From assembly GCA_012295275.1 (NCBI GenBank), contig CM022671.1:1116001-1180000 (forward strand): 64,000 bases of DNA, given 5' to 3'. Below the pieces are notes generated by a model that saw only the letters and a list, made by a program, of their open reading frames with translations, had not been told where the DNA came from and did not search any database. Origin of the DNA: Chrysomallon squamiferum. Its lineage: Eukaryota; Animalia; Mollusca. Positions within the stretch are counted from its first letter, which is position 1; every line of letters starts with the position of its first letter. Positions 42,101-54,042 of the stretch are shown here, one piece after another. The position numbers and the translations under genes were made by a program.

Positions 42101-44063
42101 ATAATAATAAAGAATAAATAAATAATAAAAATAATTAGCTCTAAAGCTCTGTTGAAAATATAATATTCAGACTAAATGAGATTTGTTTCATGCTTATTTG
42201 AAGCCAAATACACCAATTATTTTCAGTCTTTCAATATGCTAGGTTTAAACCGAGTATATGAAAATGGCAAATTTAAAAAAGCATGAAGAAAAAAAAAAAC
42301 ATCTTTAAAAACACTGATTGTCATTTGTTGATCAGTTTAAATTTACCTGTGATGGTATGAAAAAATGACCTAAATACATCTTGTATACTTCAGAAATATT
42401 GTTTTATATCTTTCTGACTTTCCATCTTTCAAAATTAGCAGTCAATGTGGCTGTAAACTTGTTTTTAAAAAAAATATATATAAAAAAATAATAGTAATAA
42501 TAATAATAATATCAATAATAATAATACTTATAACTATAATAACTTTAGTAATATTTAAAAACAAGAGATTTCTTATCTAGACTAAGAATGGTACTATTTG
42601 GAATTCACACAATATTCTTAAGTTTCTATATATTATAAAACCATATATTTTCACTATATTTAAAATATACTACTAACATCACTAATATATTCATTACTGA
42701 AAATATTTTGGTTTCATAAAATAAATGTTTTTTGATAGAAATTACATTTTTGATATTTATACACAACATATTTAATAAGATATTAAATGGATTTCAAAAG
42801 GTAACAAAAGGTGCAAAAATCTAACCTATAAAGTAATCATTGATAAAACAGTTGTAAAGATACATTTTCAAGGAATTATACAATAAAAAAAAAATATTAA
42901 AAAAATTTAAAGAAAAAATATAAGATAATGTTTTTATTTTGTCACTACAATTTGTCTGAAAACAAAAATTATGAAGTAAATAAAGTATAAAAGAATTTTA
43001 AAAATCAAACTCCTTTTTTTCATTCACATTTTCTCCCAAACCCTTGTCATAAGGCTAAATTAAATATGATTATCATAAAATATATTTATCACATTAATAT
43101 ATTTGACAACCATTTAATTAATTTAAATATCAATGTCCGTACATGATTACGTCATGTATAATTATAAAAATTCTAACCACAACCTTCAGTCAAGTGTTAA
43201 TATATTCATAAATATATTCTAATTATGCAATAAATATTAAAAATATCTTCTAAATAAAACTATCAGCAAACATATTTAAATTATCGACTAGAATTACCTC
43301 CTTCAAAACATACATTTTAAATATCAATACATAACTTTAAAATTTTGATTCTCTGGAAAAAGTACACTGGAGACTGCTGACAACTCAGTCTTTGTAGGTT
43401 TTTTGCATTTTCACCAGACAGGTGACGTCTATTATCTGCTACATAGAACTATAAATTATTTTTGTCTACATCATCTTCTAATTTTCAGTTAAAAATACGC
43501 AGTGGAAAAACGTTAAATTTATTATTAGTAATTTCCATTTAATTATTTGATGTTCTGTGCATTTATGTACCAAAAAAAATAATTATGACATATATTATAA
43601 ACATTTAAAAAAAAATTCTAATACATTTATAAAAAATTATTTTTAAAACACAGGCATGCTTTAACACAAGTAAAAATCACACCAATTTAAAAGGCAAATG
43701 ATAACTTACCAGTTGTAAACACTTAACCTTTATGTATACCAAATATCACTGCAACTGTCAGTTTTAATAAAACTGATTTGTGTCATCTCATTTAACACTA
43801 CAGATTAGCTTTAGTCAGGCAGGTCAGTTTTACTTTTATAAATCCCCTCATTACAAAAGACTTTCAAATTTTAATATTTATCTCCTCATATTTGAAAACA
43901 GTGATTTCAAACCAAAACAAAAATAAATAAAAATGAAAATAATAATTATAAATAAATTCAATAATACAAGAAACAAATAATAAAAAAATGTAGAAAAGTT
44001 GCTGTTTTGAAAAGAAATTAGAGATAATAAAGAATCTAAATTTAAACATTTTCCAACACCTAA

Positions 44064-44096
<33 letters not shown>

Positions 44097-47000
44097 CAGA
44101 TATTTAAAATTTATTTATTAATTATATTCAACTATTATTTTTTCATTTTCAGAATAATCTTTTTTTTACATCACAGTAATATATAAATAAAAATAAAACA
44201 TATTAAGTGTACATCACTTGATTTATAACAAAATGGGAAAAATGGTATTTCTTACTATGGTATAATGTTGACTGCAATGAAAGTTTTCAGATTAACTGCA
44301 TTCTATAATTTTCTTATCACTTTAATATTCATTTTAAACAGAAATTAATGTCACTTCAAATCCACATGATTAATAATAGCAGTAATATAAAATTTATGTG
44401 GATAATTTGTAACTTTTGTACACACAAAATGACCATTACAAATATTTGCAACACATAACAGTGGTATTCTTCATTTCAGTATTTGTAAAGTGAATATGTA
44501 TTCATGAACAAAACACAATTATTATTTCTGAATAGTAATACAACAATCAGACGGTAACAAAAATCAAACTAATGGGACCATATGTAAAAGAATTACCTGT
44601 TTATATACATTGATATACTGTACATGGGACCACATGTAAAGGTTACAGATTCTATTTAATAATGCAGTCATTTTTAAAATACAGCAATCAAGCATAAGAT
44701 TATATATATGTAATTTCTGAGTGTAAAAACATTTATCTGTGAGTTTTAAGAGCAAATAATCCACTGTAAAAATTAAGTATTTTTTTTTTTTTTTTAAAAA
44801 AGGAAACCTTATCTCAACATTCATTTTTTTTTTTTTATCTTCTGACATTTATGTTTTGTTATAACATTAAAAAATTAGAATTTCAGTTCAGATTTTTTTT
44901 TTTTTTTTTTTTTTTAAATAAATTATACTTTTATTTTTGTCAATATCTAATATTAAAAAATATCATTTTTCTGTTAAGATTTTAATTGGTTTATGATGAA
45001 TAAAGATATAAAAAACCAATATACATGTTAACAAAATAAAATCCCTAATAAATAAGTAGATGAAATAAACAACTCAAATTTCAGACAGAAAGACTATTTT
45101 ATTTTTTCTTATTGTTATTTTTTAATTTTAAAAACTCTGCATGGTAAGATATAAATCAATAATGAAGTAAAACAACTAAGACCTGTATTTGACTTCTTCA
45201 AGGGAATAACTCATTTGATCCAGCAAACATTTTAATTTAACCAAAACCGTATTTTCATTTATTTAATGAATATTATTAATCATAGAAAATAAATCTAGTT
45301 CTATGATCAACAAACCATTTAAAATATGCATGTGATGGTACAAAGTCTTAAAAAATGTTCCAGTAGATCAAGTAAGTTGATATGTTACATGACACCAAAC
45401 ACTGTTTATGCTAACAATAAAGTGCAACAATAACTGCAACATGGGCAGTCATTTTGTACACAGAAAAAAAAATGAATTTGATATTTCGAGTAAAGGACTG
45501 CTACCTTAGTATATCGTCATTTTGTCAGGGTTTTCTTTTATTTTCTTACTAAATTAAAAATGCCACCCACATGCTCTCTCACAGATTTTTATCTATGTTA
45601 CTGTTTATAAAGGGTTGGTGAAAAAACCCAGTCATTTGGAAGTATACAAATTATTTTTATATTAATTTGTATTGAACAGTACTAGGAATCAAAACAATAA
45701 TTAGAAGGTTACTGAAAAAACAAGATTTACAGTATGTTCATTTCAAAAATCTGGATAAAAAAAAAAAAAAAAAACTGAAAGATAAATATACTAATTTGTT
45801 TACTAACAAGAAAAAAGAAAAAAATAATTCCTTCTGAGTCTGATTTAGTAAGATGTTTCTTGTCACAGAATTGTAAAACTGGTTGCATAACAACTTTTGT
45901 CAAAAAGAATAAAAATACAATCGATCTATAAATAACAAAATAATACTATACAAATAGTTATTACAAAGTTTATTTACAAAAAAACCACACAAAAAAGCAT
46001 CTTAAATAGTATATTTCTTTATTTATATAAAAACACTGCTCAGCAAAAACACCATATTTTTATTTATTTCTTTCATTTTTTAGTTTTATCTTTTCAGCAG
46101 CTTTTCTTGATTTCCTTACTTTTTTATAAAAATAAATGAAATATTTTTAAGATATAATGAATATACAATGATTTTATATTAGTTTTCATGTTCATAATAA
46201 AAATGATAGACAACCTCCTAAACAAATATTTGAAAGTAATCTTTGGTTTGAGAGTAAAAGGCATTGCTAACTTAGCTAAAATTAAATTCCTGCTCTTTTG
46301 CATTCAAATAACACTTCATCTATTAAAAAGTGTTGACTGTAGTTCCAGTAATAGTAATTAGTATTAGTAAAGAAAAGGATTCTTAAATTATCAAAACACA
46401 ACTAATCATGAACACATTACGGAGAATTATCAATGTCATAATGGACAATTTAGTTTTACATTTCTCACTTTATTAATAATCTCATATTTAAACACAACTG
46501 TTATATTTACATGCTAAAATATTGTTCAAATTCTGTATTATTAACAGCATTATTAAATACAAATTCACATTTTTCACATTTAGATACACTGCTTCATGCA
46601 TGTTAAAATGTTCTTCAGATACTGTTAATAATAGTACTTTATTAAAAATATTATTATTGTTATTTTTCTTTTTAATAGATTTTAAATATATATATATATA
46701 TTTAAAAACTATCTTCCATTTACAAGTTAGAATATATTTTAAAGATTTTCTGTTAGTTACTAAATACAATGAATACGATGGAGACAGCAGATGAAATAAA
46801 TAATTATTTTATAATACTTTTACAACAGATACTGCTTTTAGCTTTCTTTATCTTCTCTCACTCTCCTTCCATATTGCCATTTCACCCGGAAAATATACCA
46901 ACGCACAAAACCCGTGGCTTGCATCTTCTTAGTGGATAATGTAAGAGTTTAATATATATATAATAATAATAATAAAAAATGAAATAAAAATAAAAATATA

Positions 47001-47605
47001 TTGAGTAATTATAAATCTTTTATATATGTGTACATATACATAGGCATGTATGGCCATATGTTTTAAAAACACAGAAAGCAACCAATCTGAAAATTTCAAT
47101 TTGCGGACTGTAAGGATAGTACTGTTGTGAGAACTTGATCAGCTGATGCATTTTTGTTTTTGTTTCTTAGGTATGATAATGTATTTGTTTTTATAATGAT
47201 ATATTTAAAATCATTATAAATTTAATACTTCAATAATTTTTGAACTTTTAAAAGCAAAGATAGAGAAAATGAATAATCATTTATTAAATGTTTCAGAATT
47301 GAAAAAACACCAAAATATCAGGATTTATCATCATTTTGTTACAGAATAAATGATTTGGTGCAAGATTTTATAAATTTTGAAATAAAATAAAACAGAAACT
47401 GGAAAAAAGACATATCAAGACATAAATGATTGTGGTTTTTAACGTTATTCACATAAAGATAATAAATTAATAAATAATTTTCAATGTACTTAAGAAAAAA
47501 ATGGACACTTGATTGTTATTATAAAGTCAATGAATTTTGGTTTTTATGAATGGTTATTTGATGAAATGGATAAAAAAGATTTACATTATGCACCATATGC
47601 AAGCC

Positions 47606-47645
<40 letters not shown>

Positions 47646-47709
47646 ATAATTAAAAAAAAAGAAAAGAAAAACAAATATAATAATAATTTATAACAAATCT
47701 TCAAGAGAT

Positions 47710-48609
47710 TCACTTCTTTGTACCTCTTGACTGCTTTACCTTCTTCTGAAGGCGCTGAACCAATTGTTTGCATGGAGGGGGGATTGGTGTATCATCACGG
47801 AGATGAAGTATGGCTTTCTGAACAAAGTTATACGAGTTGTGCAGAGTCCGAGGATACTGCATATTGAACACCCAGTAGGAAGCAAACAAAGAAGCAAATG
47901 CCATAGTGAATTCTTCAAACTCTTGCAAAACAGTTTCCTCAGCAACCAAGAAAAATTCATCACTCTTGAAAATGCTTCCCCTAGAAACCAACATGGGAAC
48001 TACTTTTCCTTGTGGATCAACTTCATCTTCTTCACCCACCTCTCGCACCATTTCTACAAAATTTTCACGAAGCAGAAGAGGAATAAGACAGAGAGCAGTG
48101 ACCATGTCCCAGTACTGCTTCAAAGCAGCGTTGTCCTGTTTCGCTTGTTCTGCTTGTTTCAAGATGGCTGCCGAGCCGGACATTTGGCGAGCCATGTCAA
48201 CAATTCCAGTAGCAAACTTGACACAATATTCCTGCACTGTGTGGTCAATATCAATTCGTGTTATACGCTGAAATTCTGAAAGCAGATTCTTCCCAGTGAA
48301 AAGCTGAGGGTATGTTTCCTGAATTGCTGGAATACTTGGCATTTCAACAGTGATAAAGGACCTCCTCACATCAAATGTATTTTCCAAGTACTCCTGAATC
48401 TCTTCCTGCGTTGCCAGTTCTTTAGACGTTGATGGTTGTTCATCTTCTGGGGTTAACTTGACTTTCTTCTCTTCCAGTTCTGAAGAGCTTGATTCACTGT
48501 TCTGATCATTGCTGGAGACTGGAACAGTGCATATGGCTGATGACGGAACAGGAACTACTTCTGCTGTCATGGCAGTGTGCTTCCTTTTAACTTTCTGTGG
48601 CTCAGTCAT
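47710..48609 (-). CDS. SAMD3-like C-terminal-domain protein lacking a SAM domain; main coding exon (exon starts at ~48628)
   Basis: Intact 299-aa ORF, GC-richer than its flanks. Motifs TF..RR.FI, YP.LF...L..EF.RIT and AFASLFASYWVFNMQYP...Y.FVQKAIL resemble SAMD3-like proteins (from memory). Polypyrimidine acceptor at 48629-48640; the frame stays open upstream of the ATG (SRRRRK). Confidence 0.8.
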   Translation of the reverse strand: MTEPQKVKRKHTAMTAEVVPVPSSAICTVPVSSNDQNSESSSSELEEKKVKLTPEDEQPSTSKELATQEEIQEYLENTFDVRRSFITVEMPSIPAIQETYPQLFTGKNLLSEFQRITRIDIDHTVQEYCVKFATGIVDMARQMSGSAAILKQAEQAKQDNAALKQYWDMVTALCLIPLLLRENFVEMVREVGEEDEVDPQGKVVPMLVSRGSIFKSDEFFLVAEETVLQEFEEFTMAFASLFASYWVFNMQYPRTLHNSYNFVQKAILHLRDDTPIPPPCKQLVQRLQKKVKQSRGTKK

Positions 48610-49016
48610 TTTTCTTCGACGTCTACTACTAAAAAAATAGATAAATGTTGATATAATATTGATACTTTTTGTCTTAAGTTATCAACATGATAAATACAGA
48701 GACTGATTCAGTTTACATTTTTAATACATAATGAAGCAGAAAAATTAGTTCATGAGATCAATGCTCAAAGCACCTATTTATAATACTTTCCCCTAGTAAC
48801 AGAATATGAATTTCTAAGTTACAGTGGAGTCATCATCTAGATTCTTGAAATATATTTATTAAATAATACATCACTATTTGTATCTTAACAGTTCAGACTA
48901 TACAAAGAGAATGGATACCATACAAAACAACTTACTCCATTTAATGGGATGCATAATGTTCATCCTAAGATAAATAATACCATATCTCACTGATAAGGAA
49001 ATGATTACCAACTTAC

Positions 49017-49036
49017 CAAATATGTCTGTAACTTAC
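49017..49036 (-). other. Candidate 20-nt exon / recursive splice site in the SAMD3-like gene
   Basis: Minus strand: T-rich tract...tgtaaatag|GTAAGTTACAGACATATTTG|gtaagt. The acceptor is directly followed by a perfect donor, with a second perfect donor 20 nt later. Confidence 0.35.
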
Positions 49037-49694
49037 CTATTTACAATAAGAACAAAAAAACAAAACAAACGATAGAACTGCCATCCATAATATTACACAC
49101 ACACACACACCCATATATATGCAGTCCTTATCTAATAGTTTAAACTCATATTTGCTGACTATAACAGTTATTATCTGAACTTGTAGTACTGACTTTCCAT
49201 GATTGCAAAACCTGGAAATCTTAAACAGAATTTTTATTTTATTAATGAATATATACATTGTGTTCTGCTTAACTGCTTATTTGAACCATTAATACTATAA
49301 ATTTTATTTAATTTTTTTTAAAAATTAATTTAAAAATATATATATATTTGGCTATATTCACTACATTATAATATAGATCAATTTTTCAAATAGCATATAT
49401 ACAGTCAACAAGTACCCTTTACTTTACTAATTTCATTTTAAAGTTATATTGACATGAGATACCTCTTCAAATACCTGGATTTGACATATTTATATTATAA
49501 TGCTGTTAAAATATATCCATTCAGATCAATACAACAGACAGCTTGTTTTGTTAAAAACATACACACAATGACATGTAAAATTTTACATATTTTTCTTAAC
49601 CATTATTTAAATAGGATAGCATGTATCAAGTATCAATGTCCATACAACACTGTTACATTTTGCACATTATAACTAAGTAATGCACTATAATTTA

Positions 49695-49729
<35 letters not shown>

Positions 49730-49948
49730 TTTTAATAATTATTATCATCATTTGTATTTATTTAGTTACTTTTTTATTTTATTGTTATTATTATTATTAG
49801 TTATCTCTTACTATGTCAGAAATATGCATAGTGGTGGTTAAATATTTATTTTTGGGGAAAAAATCTAAAAAGTAGAGGCTAGCACATGTTTTCATTATGA
49901 ATATTCATATACATATATATATATATATATAAAGATTAGTATACTAAC

Positions 49949-49960
49949 CCACGGTTGAGA
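49949..49960 (-). other. Candidate 12-nt microexon of the SAMD3-like gene
   Basis: Minus strand reads ttctgttcag|TCTCAACCGTGG|gttagt. Length is a multiple of 3, and it is GC-rich with a CpG in AT-rich surroundings. Confidence 0.45.
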
Positions 49961-50259
49961 CTGAACAGAATGTTTGCAAGAACAATTATTTTAACCTATT
50001 AAACAGAAACACTGATGGAACATATCCTGACCTCGTTTGATTAGGTTCAATAACTATTATTAAATGATTTCTCCCTGTAGTTAATAAATTCACCAAAACA
50101 TCAAAATATCAGACTGACCCATACACAGAATAACCATCATACAATTTTATGTAATGTTGCAATCTCTGTTTTCATCGAATTTGTCATATTTCATTTAATC
50201 TATTTTATTTTATCATACAAAGATTGTGTTCATTTTTCTTACTGCAAATAATGAAATCC

Positions 50260-50950
50260 ATGTTGCAGACGATGTTTAAACGGTTTAATAGTGAACAGTA
50301 TTCAGTGGATATCTGCATAAATTGCAGCAGTACATAGACATCGAACGTAAAAACAAGCGCAGCCATAGCTTTAACGTGTGTTTCGAATATGTAAAGCCAA
50401 ACAGATAAAAATATGTGTGAAATACTACCTGTACCAAAATATACAGCAAGCAGACGACAAAATATGTCGAAATGGTGTGCACAAATGCAATATATTTGAG
50501 TTTTTCGCCGCACATGTCACACTGCCCTAGCCACGTACGGCCATGTTTGCGTAGGGGATCATCAAGTATTGCAGATTCATTATTGATTAATTTACATTTG
50601 AATTCTTCATGTTATGGCTATTATTTTAATAAATTGAATTTATTCATTTATTTAATGTTAACCGTTGTTTAACAACCGAGACAATCGCGTGCTAAATAGA
50701 CACTAATGAGTGGCGGTCACGACATGCGAGCAGGGCCTTCGAGTAGTTCAATTCAAGGGGAACTATTTGCAGTGAATCATATTTTTATTTATTTATTTAT
50801 TCATTCATGCATTCATTCATTTATTCATTTTTTCATATTTTTTTTAATTTTTTTATTTATTTATGGTTGTTTTGGTTCATTTTTTCAGATTAGTTTTAAC
50901 TAAATAAATTGATTTGAAGGAATAATTCCGTATCCGTTGAAAGTACAGAA
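50260..50950 (-). promoter_or_regulatory. CpG-retaining promoter region of the SAMD3-like gene
   Basis: Sharp rise in CpG compared with 37.5-50 kb; CAAACATGGCCG on the minus strand. Confidence 0.6.
50429..50550 (-). other. Probable first exon of the SAMD3-like gene
   Basis: CpG-rich; CAG|GTAGTA donor at 50429/50428; YY1-type motif at 50538-50549; upstream ATG at 50515. The 5' end is approximate. Confidence 0.5.
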
Positions 50951-50991
50951 ATCCTGTTTTTTATTTTATTAAGAAACGATTTTTAAATTAA

Positions 50992-51031
<40 letters not shown>

Positions 51032-51509
51032 TTTTTTAATCAACAGAACAAACAAAACAGTAGATACCCCTGATAATAATAATAACGATATTTTTCTCAC
51101 TAATAATAATAATTAAAACAAAACAATAACAAAAAAACCCCCTAACCTTCCTAGATGAATTCTTTTTATTTAATATCATTTTCTAAGAAACTTTCTCCAT
51201 CTTCTTTACTGAGATTGGAACCTTTTCTTCTTAGGCCACTATCTCGTTTCAGTATTATGTTAAGACCATACTATATTGTCTAGAATATAATTTTTTTTAT
51301 ATAAATATTTGTATAAACTTCCAGAATTCTAGTATAAAGTTTCTAAGTTCACTTTCATAGACACACTACAAATGGTGAATTTCTCCACAACAGATAGAAA
51401 AACTAAAAATTAGATTTGCAGTATAAAGTTACTTTCTAAATTCAAGATATATGATGACAGTATGTACAGCTATGGACATAAACCTTTAAACAGCAAAACA
51501 CGATCTTGT

Positions 51510-52035
51510 GTCATTCCATGTCTAATCACCCTAAAACAAAGTTAAATTTTAACCTCACCAACTTCGATTTTTCTGAAATTTTCTCTATAGTTTGGACATA
51601 ATATAACTAGCCCAAAATTGGCATTTAAGTGTATTTTACTACTAAACTAAAAATATTCCACCTGGGTATTTTCCCCATGTTGTAAATTGTATCTTAGAGT
51701 TTAATTTTGATTTGAGGTCATTTCAAGTACAAGGTCGAATTCAAGGTAAAACACAGGATCAAAAGATTACCACAATTTAATTTGCACTTATCCAGGAAAT
51801 AATATGTTGAATCCTTATTGAATTAGTTTTTCAATGACAGCAGTTTCTTATCAATCGACTCACTGGTAACCAAGATATCAGGGTCTAAAAACGAGCGGCC
51901 AAAAAGCCAAAATTTGAAGGCCGATATCTCATAAAACTACTGCTACTATTAAAGTAATTTTTGAGATTTGGGCTAGTTTTGTCTTGTCCAAAGAGCAAAA
52001 TCTAGGATAGTGAGGTTAAATCCATTGGGTGCTTT
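51510..52035. mobile_element. Non-autonomous DNA transposon relic with interrupted inverted repeats
   Basis: TTTAACCTCAC / GTGAGGTTAAA and TTTGGACA...AACTAGCCCAAA / TTTGGGCTAGTT...TGTCCAAA in mirrored order. Ends are approximate. Confidence 0.6.
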
Positions 52036-52079
52036 CACCCTCTTGTCTTAACAGTCCTATTGAGATTACTATCCTGGAG

Positions 52080-52600
52080 ATTCATTCAGTAGTACATTTG
52101 ATAAAGTTGGGGTACACTAAGGTCCGCGAGGGTAAGGTTAGGAAGAAGAGCAGGGTAGACGCTGTAATTCTCCCGTGAGAAATGTTTTGTAATCATAAAA
52201 TGGCGACAGATATTAGAAAAAGTATTGAAATATGTAAGGTGGTTAACTTTTCCTGTTTATTTTGCAATGCATATGACCCTTAGATCAGCGGACATCTAAT
52301 GAACGCGAACGCAGACAGCATTGTAAAAATTAATATTGTCCTGATAAAGCAGACAGTCATACTTATTTGTATTTGTTTTCTCAAAAATAATTTTATTGTT
52401 GTTCGCAGATCGGCGGTCTCTTAGGGTTTCAAATGCAATATTTTGTAAAACTTTTATTATGAGTTTTATGATGTGCAAAATATGTGTTTATTTGCATGCA
52501 TTAATGAACTCGATATTTTTTGTGTTTTAGGAGAAAGCCGTGATGCTTGATATGGCAATGCCCGCACACGATGATTTAAGTTTCTTGTGGGCACTGGTGT
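52080..52600 (+). promoter_or_regulatory. CpG-rich possible plus-strand promoter with canonical YY1 motif AAAATGGCG (52197-52205)
   Basis: Motif and CpG density read directly; followed by donor-like and acceptor-like sites. Confidence 0.35.
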
Positions 52601-53968
52601 GTGCATATGAATACAGACTATACATATGTTTTTAAATGTGGAGAGACCTGCAACTCATAATCGTGTAAGAAGGAGACTAAATGCTAGTTAAGTGAGTCAA
52701 ATTTACAATGGATAAAGATATCTCAAGAAAAGCTCACTACATTTATACAAACAAACGCAGTAATAAAACTATTAATTCGGTGAAGAAAGAGTAATTTGTC
52801 TTATTAATTTTTACAATGCATGCGTTGTATATGAGAGCTAAATAAAATATGAATTCTAAAAAATGTTTTTAAAAGGGTTAGAAAATAGACATCTCTGACT
52901 CTTGACTAGTACAGACACTGGACATAAATTAGAAATTAAAAGGCCATTTCTTTGCGTACTCCACTCGCCATTTCGATCCCTTACAACTATGGAATCGCAA
53001 CAGACTGTACCTAAGATATCTGAAACGGCAAGACTAAAATGTTGATCTGATATTAAAGAAAATTTGAAAAAAACATGTGTCCAAGCGAGCAGACGACAAA
53101 TTGAAAATGTCACTCTCTTGATCTGGTCACCATAAGCCAAGTAATAGTAAAAGAAAAAAAAAAGTAAATAAATAAAAAGAATTCTACGGCAACCTAAGCT
53201 GCTGCAGAAGCAACTGCCGTGGACAGTCGGTAGGTTAAGTTGAAACAAAGACGTAGAGTCCTTGCTCTTGTCAGCTTAGTGAAAAGACCCACGCTTTGCG
53301 ATGAGGCGAAATATAACCACGAAGCGACGCAATGCTTGAAGAAGACTGATTTTCAACAGGAATTTAATCATCAACAAAATAGTAAAATGAAAAAGAAATA
53401 AAGAAAGAGAGAACATAGACGTCATGGAAATGAAAAGTCGCATTTTCCAGGCTTTTTAATATAAATAAATAAATATCGTATTAATTACTTTGTGGTATTT
53501 TAAAAATCGGGAAATTGCCGAAAGAGATGTCTATAAGATATTGAGATTTATTGTATATATAGATACAGATTATCAAAAGCCTCAATAATTCTCTTTCCGT
53601 ACGTAAAGGAGTCGGCAGAAATTTCTTATTTTAATACAGGTTGTCCATCACTGATCCAGCAATCATCAATTGGGTTTCCTCAGTAATCCTGCACAAATTT
53701 TGGCTACGTTATTTCAGATTTCCCTTCCACCCTATGCAATTGTCGCTAATCTTTAAAGGCGCTTCGTGCAAACATAGGCAAGCCATTTCAATTTGCATTT
53801 CTCTATTTATAGTTATAATCTGCCAACTTTCAATCATAACCAAGGCAATACTTCTTGTTGTGTAAAACGAAAACACCATAATTACACAGTCTAATTATCT
53901 AATAAGACAGCGATATTTAATGGTATTTCAAAGATAGGATGCTGTGTGGGAATTAAGTGTATTCGAAC

Positions 53969-54042
53969 CCTATCACTTTGTTACCCGGTGTAATGATTAA
54001 TCCGGCACTCATCAGGACTAAGTGATGCTAGACTAGTGATGG
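53969..54042 (-). ncRNA. Degenerate hammerhead-ribozyme-like motif (type III topology)
   Basis: Minus strand ATCACTA-[GTCTAG..TTAGTC]-CTGATGA-[GTGCCGG..CCGGGTAAC]-AAAGTGAT. The G of the GAAA box is missing. Confidence 0.3.

Noticed and set aside
47736-48279. ORFs 47764-48279 (+), 47906-48271 (+) and 47736-47963 (-)
   Set aside because: Shadow or alternate-frame ORFs overlapping the 299-aa exon; no independent protein signal.
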